DNA from: Candidatus Aminicenantes bacterium | GTDB lineage: Bacteria > Acidobacteriota > Aminicenantia > Aminicenantales > Saccharicenantaceae | NCBI GenBank assembly: GCA_963807525.1 | Contig: CAWECI010000021.1 | Span: forward strand, 112,913-176,912 | DNA: 64,000 nt | Direction: 5' to 3' | Shown: positions 50,499 to 58,516 of the stretch, piece by piece | How positions within the stretch are numbered: position 1 is the stretch's first letter | Layout of the letters: the number at the start of each line of letters is the position of its first letter | Notes under the pieces: model-generated | The model's input: only the letters and a program-made list of their open reading frames with translations | Told to the model about the DNA's origin: nothing | The model's database searches: none | Made by a program: the position numbers and the translations under genes

Positions 50499-52793
50499 TT
50501 ACACGATCAGGCGATCGACGTACGTCCGCAGGAAACGCAGGGCTTCGTCGGCCCGGCGAAAGACCGGGATGCCCGCCTTCTCGAGATGCGCCGCCAGGGG
50601 ATCGTAGAGCGCGCCGGAATCGATGTTGACCACGACCGGCTTGCGGGTCGAACGGAAGACCTCGATCGTCCGGGCGGCGAATCCGCCCGGACGGGTCAGG
50701 TCCTCGGCATGACCCTCGCCCGGAGGGAGCGTTTGCTGGGCCTTGGTCAGGGGCACGTTGGAGATCACGGCGCAGTCGACGCCGGGGTCCTCGATGAAGG
50801 CCCGGGCGCTCTCGGCGAACGCCGCGTCGTCGGCGACCGGGGTGACATCGAGCGGGTTGTGAACGTCGAGGAGGCGGTCGATGCCGAGCGGCCGCAGCGC
50901 GGCGAGAATGCGCTCATGGGTCTCCGGAGCGAACCGGGCCAGCTCGAGCCGGCCGCCGTCGCCGAGGTTGTCGGCCATCATGACGCACTCGAAGCCGGCG
51001 TTGCTGACGAGGCCGACCCGCCGGCCCCGGACCTCGCGGCCCTCGAGGCGGACCAGCCCCTTCATGAAGCTCTCGAACTCGAACAGGTCGTCGGCCACGA
51101 TGGCCCCGGCCTGGGCGCAGACGGCCTTGAAGACGCCGTATTCTCCGGCCACGGAGGCGGTGTGGCTCGACGTCGCCGTCCGGCCCTCCGGGCTCCGGCC
51201 GGCCTTGTAAACGAGGACCTGCCGGCCGGAGGCCGTGATCTCGCTGACGGCCCGGGCGAAGGCCAGCCCGTCGCCGGGCTTGAAGCCTTCCATGTAGACG
51301 CACAACGTCCGGATGGCCGGATCGTCCTTGAGGTAGTTCAGGTAGTCGGAGGCCGTGAGGTCGAGCTGGTTGCCGAGCGAGACCGAGTAGACGGGCTCGA
51401 GCTCCGGCATCTTGCTCATCCGGCAGATCATGAACGCCCCGCTCTGGCTGACCATGGCCATGGCCGACCCGGCGGTGGCCGGACGCGGCAGCTTGTAGTC
51501 GGGGATGAAAAGGGTGTCGTAGCGGCCGGGCTTGGAAACGACGCCCAGGCAGTTGCCGCCGTTGACGACCGGGGTCGTCCGGCCCGCGCGCCGGCCTTCG
51601 GCGAGCAGGGACCTCAGGCGGTCCTCGATCGACGCCCCGCCCTCCTTCTCCCCCATTCCGCCGGCGATGAGGATGACCGAGCGGGCCTTGCCGTGGTCCA
51701 CCAGGTCCTTCATGACATCGTAGCACTGGTCGGCGGCAAGGGTCAGGACGAAGAGGTCGACCGTCCCGGGCATGGCGGCGACGGTCGGGACAGAGCGGCA
51801 GCCCTCGATCGTCTCGAGCCCCGGCTTGACGACGGTCACGCGCGCCGGATCGAAGCCGCCCTTGAGGATGTTGTTCAGGATGACGTGGCCGATGTTCATC
51901 TTTTCGGACACGCCGATGATGCCGATCGAGGCCGGCTTGAGCAGGCGGCCGACGGCCTCGACCGGCCGGGACGAGGGCGCGGCCTTGGCCCGGGAGAAGC
52001 GGCAGACCCCGTCGAGCGGCACAAGGCGGCCCCGCCGAACGACGAACGGATTGACCTCCGCCTCTTCGAGGACGAAGGGCGTCTCCTCGGAATAGGGCGA
52101 AAAAGCGGCGGCCAGGTCCCGGAACCGCAGCAGCGTATCGACCAGGACCTTGGGGGCAACGAGGGCCTGGCGTCCCCGGAACTCGGCCGCGAGCTTGCCG
52201 TAGAAGGTCAGAGGCTCGAGGATCTTCTGGGCCTTCGGCCGGTCAAGAAGATGGGCCGAGGCGATGGCCACGGCCCGGCCCTCTTTGAGCCGGGCGTTCA
52301 TGTATTCGACGTCGAGCCCGCCCGACCCCATGGTCAGCACCGGCCCGAAGTCCGGAGAGTTCCTGAGTCCCAGGAGGATCTCCGAGCCGAAGCCGGCGTT
52401 GTCGAAGGCCACCTTCTCGACCAGGAGAAAGCCCCGGACCGATTCGCGGACGGCCTGCCGCGAGGCGGCCGGCGTGCGGGCCAGGACGGTCCGCAGCATG
52501 GCCGCGCAGGTCCGGCTCACGGCCGCCGCGTTCGCCTTGGCGAAGGCCACGCCGCCGACGTCGGACTTATGGATGACGAGCGGCGAGACGATCTTGACGA
52601 CGACTTCGGCGCTGCCCAGGGCCTCGACCTCCCGGCGCCGGGGCGCTTGGCCCGCCGGCACGAAGACGTGCCGCGGCACGGCGATCCCCGCGTCCTTCAG
52701 GATCTCGTAAACCTCGGGCTCGAGCAGGAAGCTGCGGCCATCCTTCTCCGCGCGTTCGAGGACGCGGCGGGTCCTGGTCCAGGCGGCGGTCAT
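50499..52793 (-). CDS. ADP-forming acyl-CoA synthetase (acetate--CoA ligase family), fused, ATP-grasp part first
   Basis: The N-terminal ATP-grasp_5-like LLEPEVYEILKDAGIAVP...VVKIVSPLVIHKSDVGGV comes first. It is followed by the CoA-binding ASIGIIGVSEKMNIGHVILNN and the phosphohistidine region SSHTASVAGE. Intact 764 aa. ATGA overlap with iorB. Confidence 0.8.
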   Translation of the reverse strand: MTAAWTRTRRVLERAEKDGRSFLLEPEVYEILKDAGIAVPRHVFVPAGQAPRRREVEALGSAEVVVKIVSPLVIHKSDVGGVAFAKANAAAVSRTCAAMLRTVLARTPAASRQAVRESVRGFLLVEKVAFDNAGFGSEILLGLRNSPDFGPVLTMGSGGLDVEYMNARLKEGRAVAIASAHLLDRPKAQKILEPLTFYGKLAAEFRGRQALVAPKVLVDTLLRFRDLAAAFSPYSEETPFVLEEAEVNPFVVRRGRLVPLDGVCRFSRAKAAPSSRPVEAVGRLLKPASIGIIGVSEKMNIGHVILNNILKGGFDPARVTVVKPGLETIEGCRSVPTVAAMPGTVDLFVLTLAADQCYDVMKDLVDHGKARSVILIAGGMGEKEGGASIEDRLRSLLAEGRRAGRTTPVVNGGNCLGVVSKPGRYDTLFIPDYKLPRPATAGSAMAMVSQSGAFMICRMSKMPELEPVYSVSLGNQLDLTASDYLNYLKDDPAIRTLCVYMEGFKPGDGLAFARAVSEITASGRQVLVYKAGRSPEGRTATSSHTASVAGEYGVFKAVCAQAGAIVADDLFEFESFMKGLVRLEGREVRGRRVGLVSNAGFECVMMADNLGDGGRLELARFAPETHERILAALRPLGIDRLLDVHNPLDVTPVADDAAFAESARAFIEDPGVDCAVISNVPLTKAQQTLPPGEGHAEDLTRPGGFAARTIEVFRSTRKPVVVNIDSGALYDPLAAHLEKAGIPVFRRADEALRFLRTYVDRLIV

Positions 52794-53368
52794 GAGCCGA
52801 GGGCCGCTTTCTTGCCCAGCTCGAAGGCTTTCAGATTGGCCTCGAGAACGGTCGGACCGCGGCCGCGGAACAGGGCCTCGATCGTTTCGAGGAGGCTCTT
52901 CTCCTTGAGGATCAGGAACGAGGAGGCCGCGCCGAGCAGGACGATGTTCTGGGCCTTGACCGTGCCCGCCTCCTTGGCCAGCTTCTCGGAATCGACCACG
53001 ACGCTGCGAGGCGCCGTGCGGATGGCGGCCAGGACCGTCTCGATCTCCGGGTAATCCGGGATGTTGCGGTAGGGCGTCGAGCTCGTGACCACGATCCCGT
53101 CCGGCCGGAGGAAATCGAAATAGCGGACGGCCTCGAGCGGCTCGACGCTCAGGATCATGTCCGCTTCCCCCTTGGGGATGAGGTCGCTCCAGACCGGGCC
53201 GTCCGAAAGGCGCATGTGCGACTGGACGGCGCCGCCGCGCTGGGCCATGCCGTGGACCTCGGCCTGCTTGAAGGCCAGGCCGTCGGCGAGAGCCGCGTTG
53301 TCGATGACGTAGGCGATCGACAAGATGCCCTGGCCGCCCACGCCCGCGAGGATGATGTCCTGTTTCAT
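52790..53368 (-). CDS. iorB: indolepyruvate oxidoreductase subunit beta
   Basis: MKQDIILAGVGGQGILS...HGMAQRGG... Intact 192 aa. Confidence 0.85.
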   Translation of the reverse strand: MKQDIILAGVGGQGILSIAYVIDNAALADGLAFKQAEVHGMAQRGGAVQSHMRLSDGPVWSDLIPKGEADMILSVEPLEAVRYFDFLRPDGIVVTSSTPYRNIPDYPEIETVLAAIRTAPRSVVVDSEKLAKEAGTVKAQNIVLLGAASSFLILKEKSLLETIEALFRGRGPTVLEANLKAFELGKKAALGS

Positions 53369-53371
53369 GGC

Positions 53372-54964
53372 CTAGCTCCTCTTCTTCCGCTGTTCCTGGA
53401 CGCACTCGCGGACGGCCACGATGACCGACAATCCGCGGTGCTCGAGCTCGTCCTTGATGACCTGGACGTTCTGGTCGTGGTTCTTCGGCAGCGGCTCGAT
53501 CGTCCGGATATGCTCCTTGGCGATGCCCAGGCCCTCGACCAGGCGGAGCAGGCCCTCGCCGGAGCCGTAGGTCGGCTGGCCTCCGGTCATGGCCGTCGTG
53601 GCGTTGTCGAGGATGATGACGGTCATGTTGGTGTCGGCCCGGGCCGCGCTGAGCAAAGGCGTGATGCCGGAGTGGGCGAAGGTCGAATCGCCGATGACCG
53701 AGACGGCCGGGTAGAGCCCGACGTCGGCCGCGCCGCGGGCCATGCTGATGCTCGCGCCCATGCAGACGCAGCTGTGGATGGCGTTGTAGGGAGGCAGGGC
53801 GCCGAGGGTGTAGCAGCCGATGTCGCTGAAGACGTTCGAGCCCTGATACCCCTCGAGGGCCTTATTGAGGGCCTTGAACGTATCGGCATGAGGGCAGCCG
53901 GCGCAAAGCTGAGGCGGGCGCCCGGCCAACGGCAGTCCGCTGGCCGCGAGGGCCGGCAGGGGCTTGAGGCCGAGGGCCTGGCGGACGAGGTCGGGCGTCA
54001 GCTCCCCCGACGCCGGCACGGCGCCCGTCGTCTTGCCCAGGACGGTCTTCCCGGGGAGGCCAAAGAGGCCTTTGAGCCGGCTCTCGATGAAGGGATAGCC
54101 GTCCTCGAGGACCAGGATCGTATCGACGTGATCGACGAGCTTCTTGATGAGGGCCAGGGGCAGCGGGTAGGTCGAGATCTTGAGGAACGACGGCGGGGCG
54201 GCCGGGCCGGCCATGGCCTCGCGGAAATAGTTATAAGCGATCCCGGACGCGATGACGCCGAGTTTCCTGTCCTTCTCGTTGAGCTTCAGGACGTTGAACG
54301 GAGATGCCTCGGAGAGCCGGACCATCTCGGCCTGCCTATCGAGGAGCTGGCCGAAGCGACGGCGGGCGTTGACCGGCAGGAGGATCCAGTCCTTGCCCAC
54401 GCCCTTCTTGAGCATGTTCTGGGGCCGCGGATCGCGCGTCTCCACGGCCGAGCGGCTATGGGACAGGCGCGTCACGAGACGCATGAGAACGGGCAGGCCG
54501 AGCTCTTCCGACAGGTCGTAGGCCTGCCGGGCCATGTCGTAGGCTTCCTGATGATCGGACGGCTCGAAGCCGAAGATCTTGGCGAAATCGACATAATAGC
54601 GGCTGTCCTGTTCGTTCTGCGAGCTGTGCATCCCCGGGTCGTCGGCGCTGACCACGAGCAGGCCCCCGTTGGCCCCGGTGATGGCCGAGTTCATGAACGG
54701 GTCGGCGGCCACATTGAGGCCGACGTGCTTGAAGGACACCAGGGCCCTCTTTCCCGCGAAAGAGGCGCCCAGGGCCTCCTCGTAGGCGACCTTCTCGTTC
54801 ACCGACCAGACGGCCGCGAAGGCCTTGGTCGCCTCGGACTGCTTGACGAGATACTCCAGGATCTCGGAGGCCGGGGTCCCGGGATAGGAATAGGCGGCCG
54901 ACAGGCCCGCATGGACGGCCCCCAGGGCCACGGCTTCGTCACCGAGCAGGATCTGACGGGGCAT
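53372..54964 (-). CDS. iorA: indolepyruvate ferredoxin oxidoreductase subunit alpha
   Basis: LLGDEAVALGAVHAGLSAAYSYPGTPASEI, SSQNEQDSR, and TPP-binding GDSTFAHSG. Intact 530 aa. No C-terminal 2x[4Fe-4S] motif was seen. Confidence 0.85.
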   Translation of the reverse strand: MPRQILLGDEAVALGAVHAGLSAAYSYPGTPASEILEYLVKQSEATKAFAAVWSVNEKVAYEEALGASFAGKRALVSFKHVGLNVAADPFMNSAITGANGGLLVVSADDPGMHSSQNEQDSRYYVDFAKIFGFEPSDHQEAYDMARQAYDLSEELGLPVLMRLVTRLSHSRSAVETRDPRPQNMLKKGVGKDWILLPVNARRRFGQLLDRQAEMVRLSEASPFNVLKLNEKDRKLGVIASGIAYNYFREAMAGPAAPPSFLKISTYPLPLALIKKLVDHVDTILVLEDGYPFIESRLKGLFGLPGKTVLGKTTGAVPASGELTPDLVRQALGLKPLPALAASGLPLAGRPPQLCAGCPHADTFKALNKALEGYQGSNVFSDIGCYTLGALPPYNAIHSCVCMGASISMARGAADVGLYPAVSVIGDSTFAHSGITPLLSAARADTNMTVIILDNATTAMTGGQPTYGSGEGLLRLVEGLGIAKEHIRTIEPLPKNHDQNVQVIKDELEHRGLSVIVAVRECVQEQRKKRS

Positions 54965-55090
54965 GGATTTTCCTTTATCGAAGGGATTTCGCGGCTAGGA
55001 TACTCACTCGACGCGCGGGCTGTCAAGCCGTGCGGCGTCCCCGGCCCCAGCCTCACGCTCGTGAATCCTGATAATTCCTATGGGTTTTAG

Positions 55091-55119
55091 TTGATATTCA
55101 CCGAAAAGCCCGATAAAAT
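55091..55119 (+). promoter_or_regulatory. candidate promoter TTGATA-17 nt-TAAAAT for the Rrf2 gene
   Basis: Hexamers at 55091-55096 and 55114-55119. GGAG SD lies 6 nt before the ATG at 55139. Confidence 0.45.
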
Positions 55120-55138
55120 ATGACATTAAGGAGCCGCT

Positions 55139-55591
55139 ATGATCAGACTCTCGACCAAGGGGCGGTATGGCACGCGCCTGATGCTGAACCTGGGCCGGCA
55201 CTACGGGGAAGGCCACGACACGGTCATCCTCAAGAACATCTCCGAGGACGAGAGGATCTCGATCCGCTATCTCGAGCAGATCATTATCCCCCTCAAGATC
55301 AACCGCCTGGTCAAGAGCATCCGCGGCGCGGGCGGCGGCTACACGCTGGCCCGCCGGCCGGAGGACATCAAGATCAGCGAGATCCTGCACGCCCTCGAAG
55401 GCAATTGCTGCCTCGTCGAGTGCATCGAGGACGGGACCTTCTGCGAGTTCACCGAGACCTGCCCGACCTACGAGATCTGGAAGGGCGCGACGGAACTGCT
55501 CAAGAACTATTTCGACAGCCTGTCCCTGAAGGACGTCATGATCCAGGCCGAGAAGAAGGCCAAGAAGGCCAAGTCCCGCAACGTCCGCTGA
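55139..55591 (+). CDS. Rrf2 family transcriptional regulator (Cys-rich, likely Fe-S binding)
   Basis: MIRLSTKGRYGTRLMLNLG..., wHTH SIRYLEQIIIPLKINRLVKSIRGAGGGY, and a Cys cluster CCLVEC...C...C. 150 aa. Confidence 0.85.
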   Translation: MIRLSTKGRYGTRLMLNLGRHYGEGHDTVILKNISEDERISIRYLEQIIIPLKINRLVKSIRGAGGGYTLARRPEDIKISEILHALEGNCCLVECIEDGTFCEFTETCPTYEIWKGATELLKNYFDSLSLKDVMIQAEKKAKKAKSRNVR

Positions 55592-55598
55592 CGTTCTT

Positions 55599-55661
55599 GG
55601 GACATCCCTCTCTTTCGGCTTTGCTCGGGTATTCCCCCTCGCCGCCTCGAGAGGGATGTCC
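55599..55661. repeat. 63-nt hairpin GGACATCCCTCTC / GAGAGGGATGTCC containing the shared 21-mer
   Basis: 13-bp perfect arms and a 37-nt loop, between the convergent Rrf2 and AIR-synthase-like genes. The 21-mer lies at 55636-55656. Confidence 0.7.
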
Positions 55662-55680
55662 AGAAGACAGCGCGCGATTA

Positions 55681-56715
55681 TCAGGTTTGGGTCAGGCCCG
55701 CGAAGAACGCCGGCCAGAAGGGGTCCTGCGGGGGGATCTCCAAGGGCTCGGTGCGGCCGTCGACGCGCCGGATCGAACGGACCCGCCGGTCGCGGACGAC
55801 GCGTCCGATGATCGAAGCGGCGATGCGCTTCCTTTTCAGCCGGGCCAGGACAGCGCCGCCTTTCCCCGGGCGGACAGTGATGAGGAGGCTGCCCTCGGCG
55901 ATGGCCCGCACCGGGTCGATGCCGAAGGCCTCGCAGACCATCCGGACTTCTTCGGGGTAGACGAAGACGCGCTCGTCGACCTCCATCCCGACCCGGCTGG
56001 CCGACGCGATCTCGTACAGCCCCCCGATGACGCCGCCTTCCGTCGCGTCGTGCATGGCCGTGACCCCGCCGGCCGCCGCGGCTGTCAGGGCGTCTTCGAC
56101 GACGGTGATGGACCGGGCCAGCGCCTTGGCCTTGTCGACGAGCGTCGCCGGGAAGCGCAGGAGCAGCTCTTCCTCGCGAAGGGCAGCCAGGAGCGCGGCG
56201 GTTTCGATGGCCGGGCCTTTGGTCAGGATGATCTCGTCGCCGGCCCGGGCCCCGGCCGGCGTGACCAGATCTTTCTTGGGAGCCACGGCGAAGACCGTGA
56301 TGCCGCCGATCGTCGGGGCCGTGAAGCCCGGATAGAACCCGGTGTGGCCGCCGACGATGGCCAGTCCCAGCTCGCGCGCCGCCGCGTGGATCGAATCGAT
56401 GATCCGCCGGATGTCGTCGCGAGCGGTGTCCGGCGGCAGCAACAGCGAATAGGTCATGTAGCGCGGCCGCACGCCCATGACGGCGACGTCGCTCGCGCCG
56501 ATGTGAACGGTGAAGCGGCCGAACATCTCGAGGGGCAGGCGCGGCATGGTGAAGATCGGGTCCTCGGCCACGACCAGGATGCGGCCGCCGCCGAGGTCGA
56601 TGACCCCGGCGTCCACGCCGGTCATGGGCGGGACGATGACACTCAGGTCGCGCTTGCCGAACTTGCCCAGGACCAGGTCGCGGAAATCCGCTTCGTCGAT
56701 CTTACCGATCTTCAT
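55681..56715 (-). CDS. AIR synthase-related (PurM/ThiL/HypE superfamily) protein
   Basis: GVDAGVIDLG, GASDVAVMG, IVGGHTG and MHDATEGG motifs. Intact 344 aa. Confidence 0.75.
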   Translation of the reverse strand: MKIGKIDEADFRDLVLGKFGKRDLSVIVPPMTGVDAGVIDLGGGRILVVAEDPIFTMPRLPLEMFGRFTVHIGASDVAVMGVRPRYMTYSLLLPPDTARDDIRRIIDSIHAAARELGLAIVGGHTGFYPGFTAPTIGGITVFAVAPKKDLVTPAGARAGDEIILTKGPAIETAALLAALREEELLLRFPATLVDKAKALARSITVVEDALTAAAAGGVTAMHDATEGGVIGGLYEIASASRVGMEVDERVFVYPEEVRMVCEAFGIDPVRAIAEGSLLITVRPGKGGAVLARLKRKRIAASIIGRVVRDRRVRSIRRVDGRTEPLEIPPQDPFWPAFFAGLTQT

Positions 56716-56731
56716 GAGCGACCCCCAGCGC

Positions 56732-57622
56732 CTAAGGAACGAGGCCGGCCTTCCGCTCCGCGGCCTCGATGGTGTTCATCATCAGCATCGTGACCGTCAT
56801 CGGCCCGACCCCGCCCGGCACCGGCGTGATGGCCGCGGCCCTTGCCTTGACCGGCTCGAAATCGACGTCGCCGACGAGCCGGAAGCCCTTGGCCGCGGTC
56901 GGGTCGTTGACGCGATTGACGCCGACGTCGATCACGACGCAGCCCTCGGGGACCATCTCGGCTTTGATGGCCCGGGGCACGCCCATGGCCGCGACGAGGA
57001 TATCGGCCTGGAGCGTGTATCTGCTGATGTCGGGGGTCGAGGTGTGGCAGACGGTCACCGTGGCGTTGGCGCCCTTCCGCTTCTGGATGAGCATGGCCGC
57101 CAGCGGCTTGCCGACGATGTTGCTGCGGCCGCAGATGACAACGTGCTTGCCGTCGGGCCCGAAGCCCCCGCGCACGAGGAGCTGGACGACGCCGTAGGGC
57201 GTGCACGGCAGCGGGCAGGGCTCGCCGCGGAGCATCTTGCCGACGTTGATCGGATGGAAGCCGTCGACGTCCTTCTCCGGGAAGATCAGGCTGATAACTT
57301 TCCCGGCGTCGACGTATTTCGGCAGCGGCAATTGCACGAGGAAGCCGTTATAGCGCTCGTCCCGGTTGAGCTCATCGACCTGGCGGAGGATCGCGTCTTC
57401 CGTGGAGTCCGCCGGCATGCGGATCGTGGTCTCGAAGATGCCGATCTCCTCGGCCGCCTTGCCTTTGGCCGTGACATAGGACACCGAGGCGGGGTCCTCG
57501 CCGACCAGAACGACGGCGAGACCCGGCAGGTGCCCTTTTTCCTGAAGGCGGGCGGCGCGCCCCTTGAGCTCTTCGCGGATCTGGGCCGAAACGTCCTTGC
57601 CGCTGATGATCGTGGCGGGCAT
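56732..57622 (-). CDS. folD: bifunctional methylenetetrahydrofolate dehydrogenase/cyclohydrolase
   Basis: MPATIISGKDVSAQIREELK...VLVGEDPASVSYV...GRSNIVGKP...PVPGGVGPMTV. GGAGAA SD. The ORF-track start at 57697 is an extension. Confidence 0.9.
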   Translation of the reverse strand: MPATIISGKDVSAQIREELKGRAARLQEKGHLPGLAVVLVGEDPASVSYVTAKGKAAEEIGIFETTIRMPADSTEDAILRQVDELNRDERYNGFLVQLPLPKYVDAGKVISLIFPEKDVDGFHPINVGKMLRGEPCPLPCTPYGVVQLLVRGGFGPDGKHVVICGRSNIVGKPLAAMLIQKRKGANATVTVCHTSTPDISRYTLQADILVAAMGVPRAIKAEMVPEGCVVIDVGVNRVNDPTAAKGFRLVGDVDFEPVKARAAAITPVPGGVGPMTVTMLMMNTIEAAERKAGLVP

Positions 57623-57662
57623 GCGATTCTCCTTCTCTGCGGTTCCGATCGGGGTCTCCCCT

Positions 57663-57691
57663 ACCTTAAACAAAAGCGCTTTAGCGGTCAA
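57663..57691 (-). promoter_or_regulatory. candidate folD promoter TTGACC-17 nt-TAAGGT
   Basis: The minus strand reads CTTGACCGCTAAAGCGCTTTTGTTTAAGGTAGG, about 40 nt upstream of the ATG. Confidence 0.4.
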
Positions 57692-57712
57692 GGCCAAGCG
57701 GGCGGGATCGGC

Positions 57713-58108
57713 TCATTTCAGCGCAGGAACGTCCGGAGCCGAGGGAATATTCGGCTTCGCTCTTTCGACCCTAAACACCGGGACCTTTTCTTGGCTCCGA
57801 TTCTCGAAGGATATCCGGACACTGTCATCGATGAATCTTCCTGTAATGGTCAGCCGATCGCCCTTGACATAATGCGGGATCTCCAGGACCATGAACATCC
57901 ATTGCTGCTCGAATTGCGATTGAAATCTAGCCAGATAGCCATCGACATATTCGCCCTGGCGAGTGAGGACGAACTTGGCCTCGGAGGTGATCGTCACGTT
58001 GTGGTCTTCGTCCGGGACCCAGGGCTCGAGCTGCGATTGGCATCCGGCCTGAATAAAAGCCAGCCCGATGACGAGGGTTGGCAGGAGCCCTCTATTGACG
58101 CGGCGCAC
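57713..58108 (-). CDS. small hypothetical lipoprotein (low-GC cluster, gene 4)
   Basis: GTG at 58108 lies 8 nt after AGGAGG. Signal RRVNRGLLPTLVIGLAFIQAGC. 131 aa. No family recognised. Confidence 0.55.
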   Translation of the reverse strand: MRRVNRGLLPTLVIGLAFIQAGCQSQLEPWVPDEDHNVTITSEAKFVLTRQGEYVDGYLARFQSQFEQQWMFMVLEIPHYVKGDRLTITGRFIDDSVRISFENRSQEKVPVFRVERAKPNIPSAPDVPALK

Positions 58109-58514
58109 GGTCTGCGTCCTCCTGGGATAGCGGCCCCTCGTCATTTTGAACGTCAGATCTCGCCATCTTCCAAACGACCAGGACCTCCGTTGGATATCCT
58201 TGCAGATAGACCCCGGCCTCATCGCGAAAGACGGAAGGGTAAGCGTTGCCGTAGGGGCCTTCGACCTTAACCCGGTTCCCCTTTTCATAAGAGCGAATGC
58301 GGGTGTAGAGAAAGAACTCTTGTCCGCTATCAGCCTGTTGGGCCCAGTAGCCGGGGACCTTCGAGGAGGACAGGCTGATCTCCGTGGGCCCGCTCGTCAG
58401 GATCATCGTTCTGGTCCGGCTGCTCCAGCCCTCGATCGGCCCGCTGCGGCAGCCGATCACGGGGAGAGCCAGGACGAGGACGAAGAACGTCCGGGACGCG
58501 CGCGGGACTTTCAT
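58092..58514 (-). CDS. small hypothetical lipoprotein (low-GC cluster, gene 3)
   Basis: MKVPRASRTFFVLVLALPVIGC lipobox. 140 aa. The start lies 2 nt after the upstream stop. Confidence 0.55.
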   Translation of the reverse strand: MKVPRASRTFFVLVLALPVIGCRSGPIEGWSSRTRTMILTSGPTEISLSSSKVPGYWAQQADSGQEFFLYTRIRSYEKGNRVKVEGPYGNAYPSVFRDEAGVYLQGYPTEVLVVWKMARSDVQNDEGPLSQEDADRAPRQ

Positions 58515-58516
58515 GT

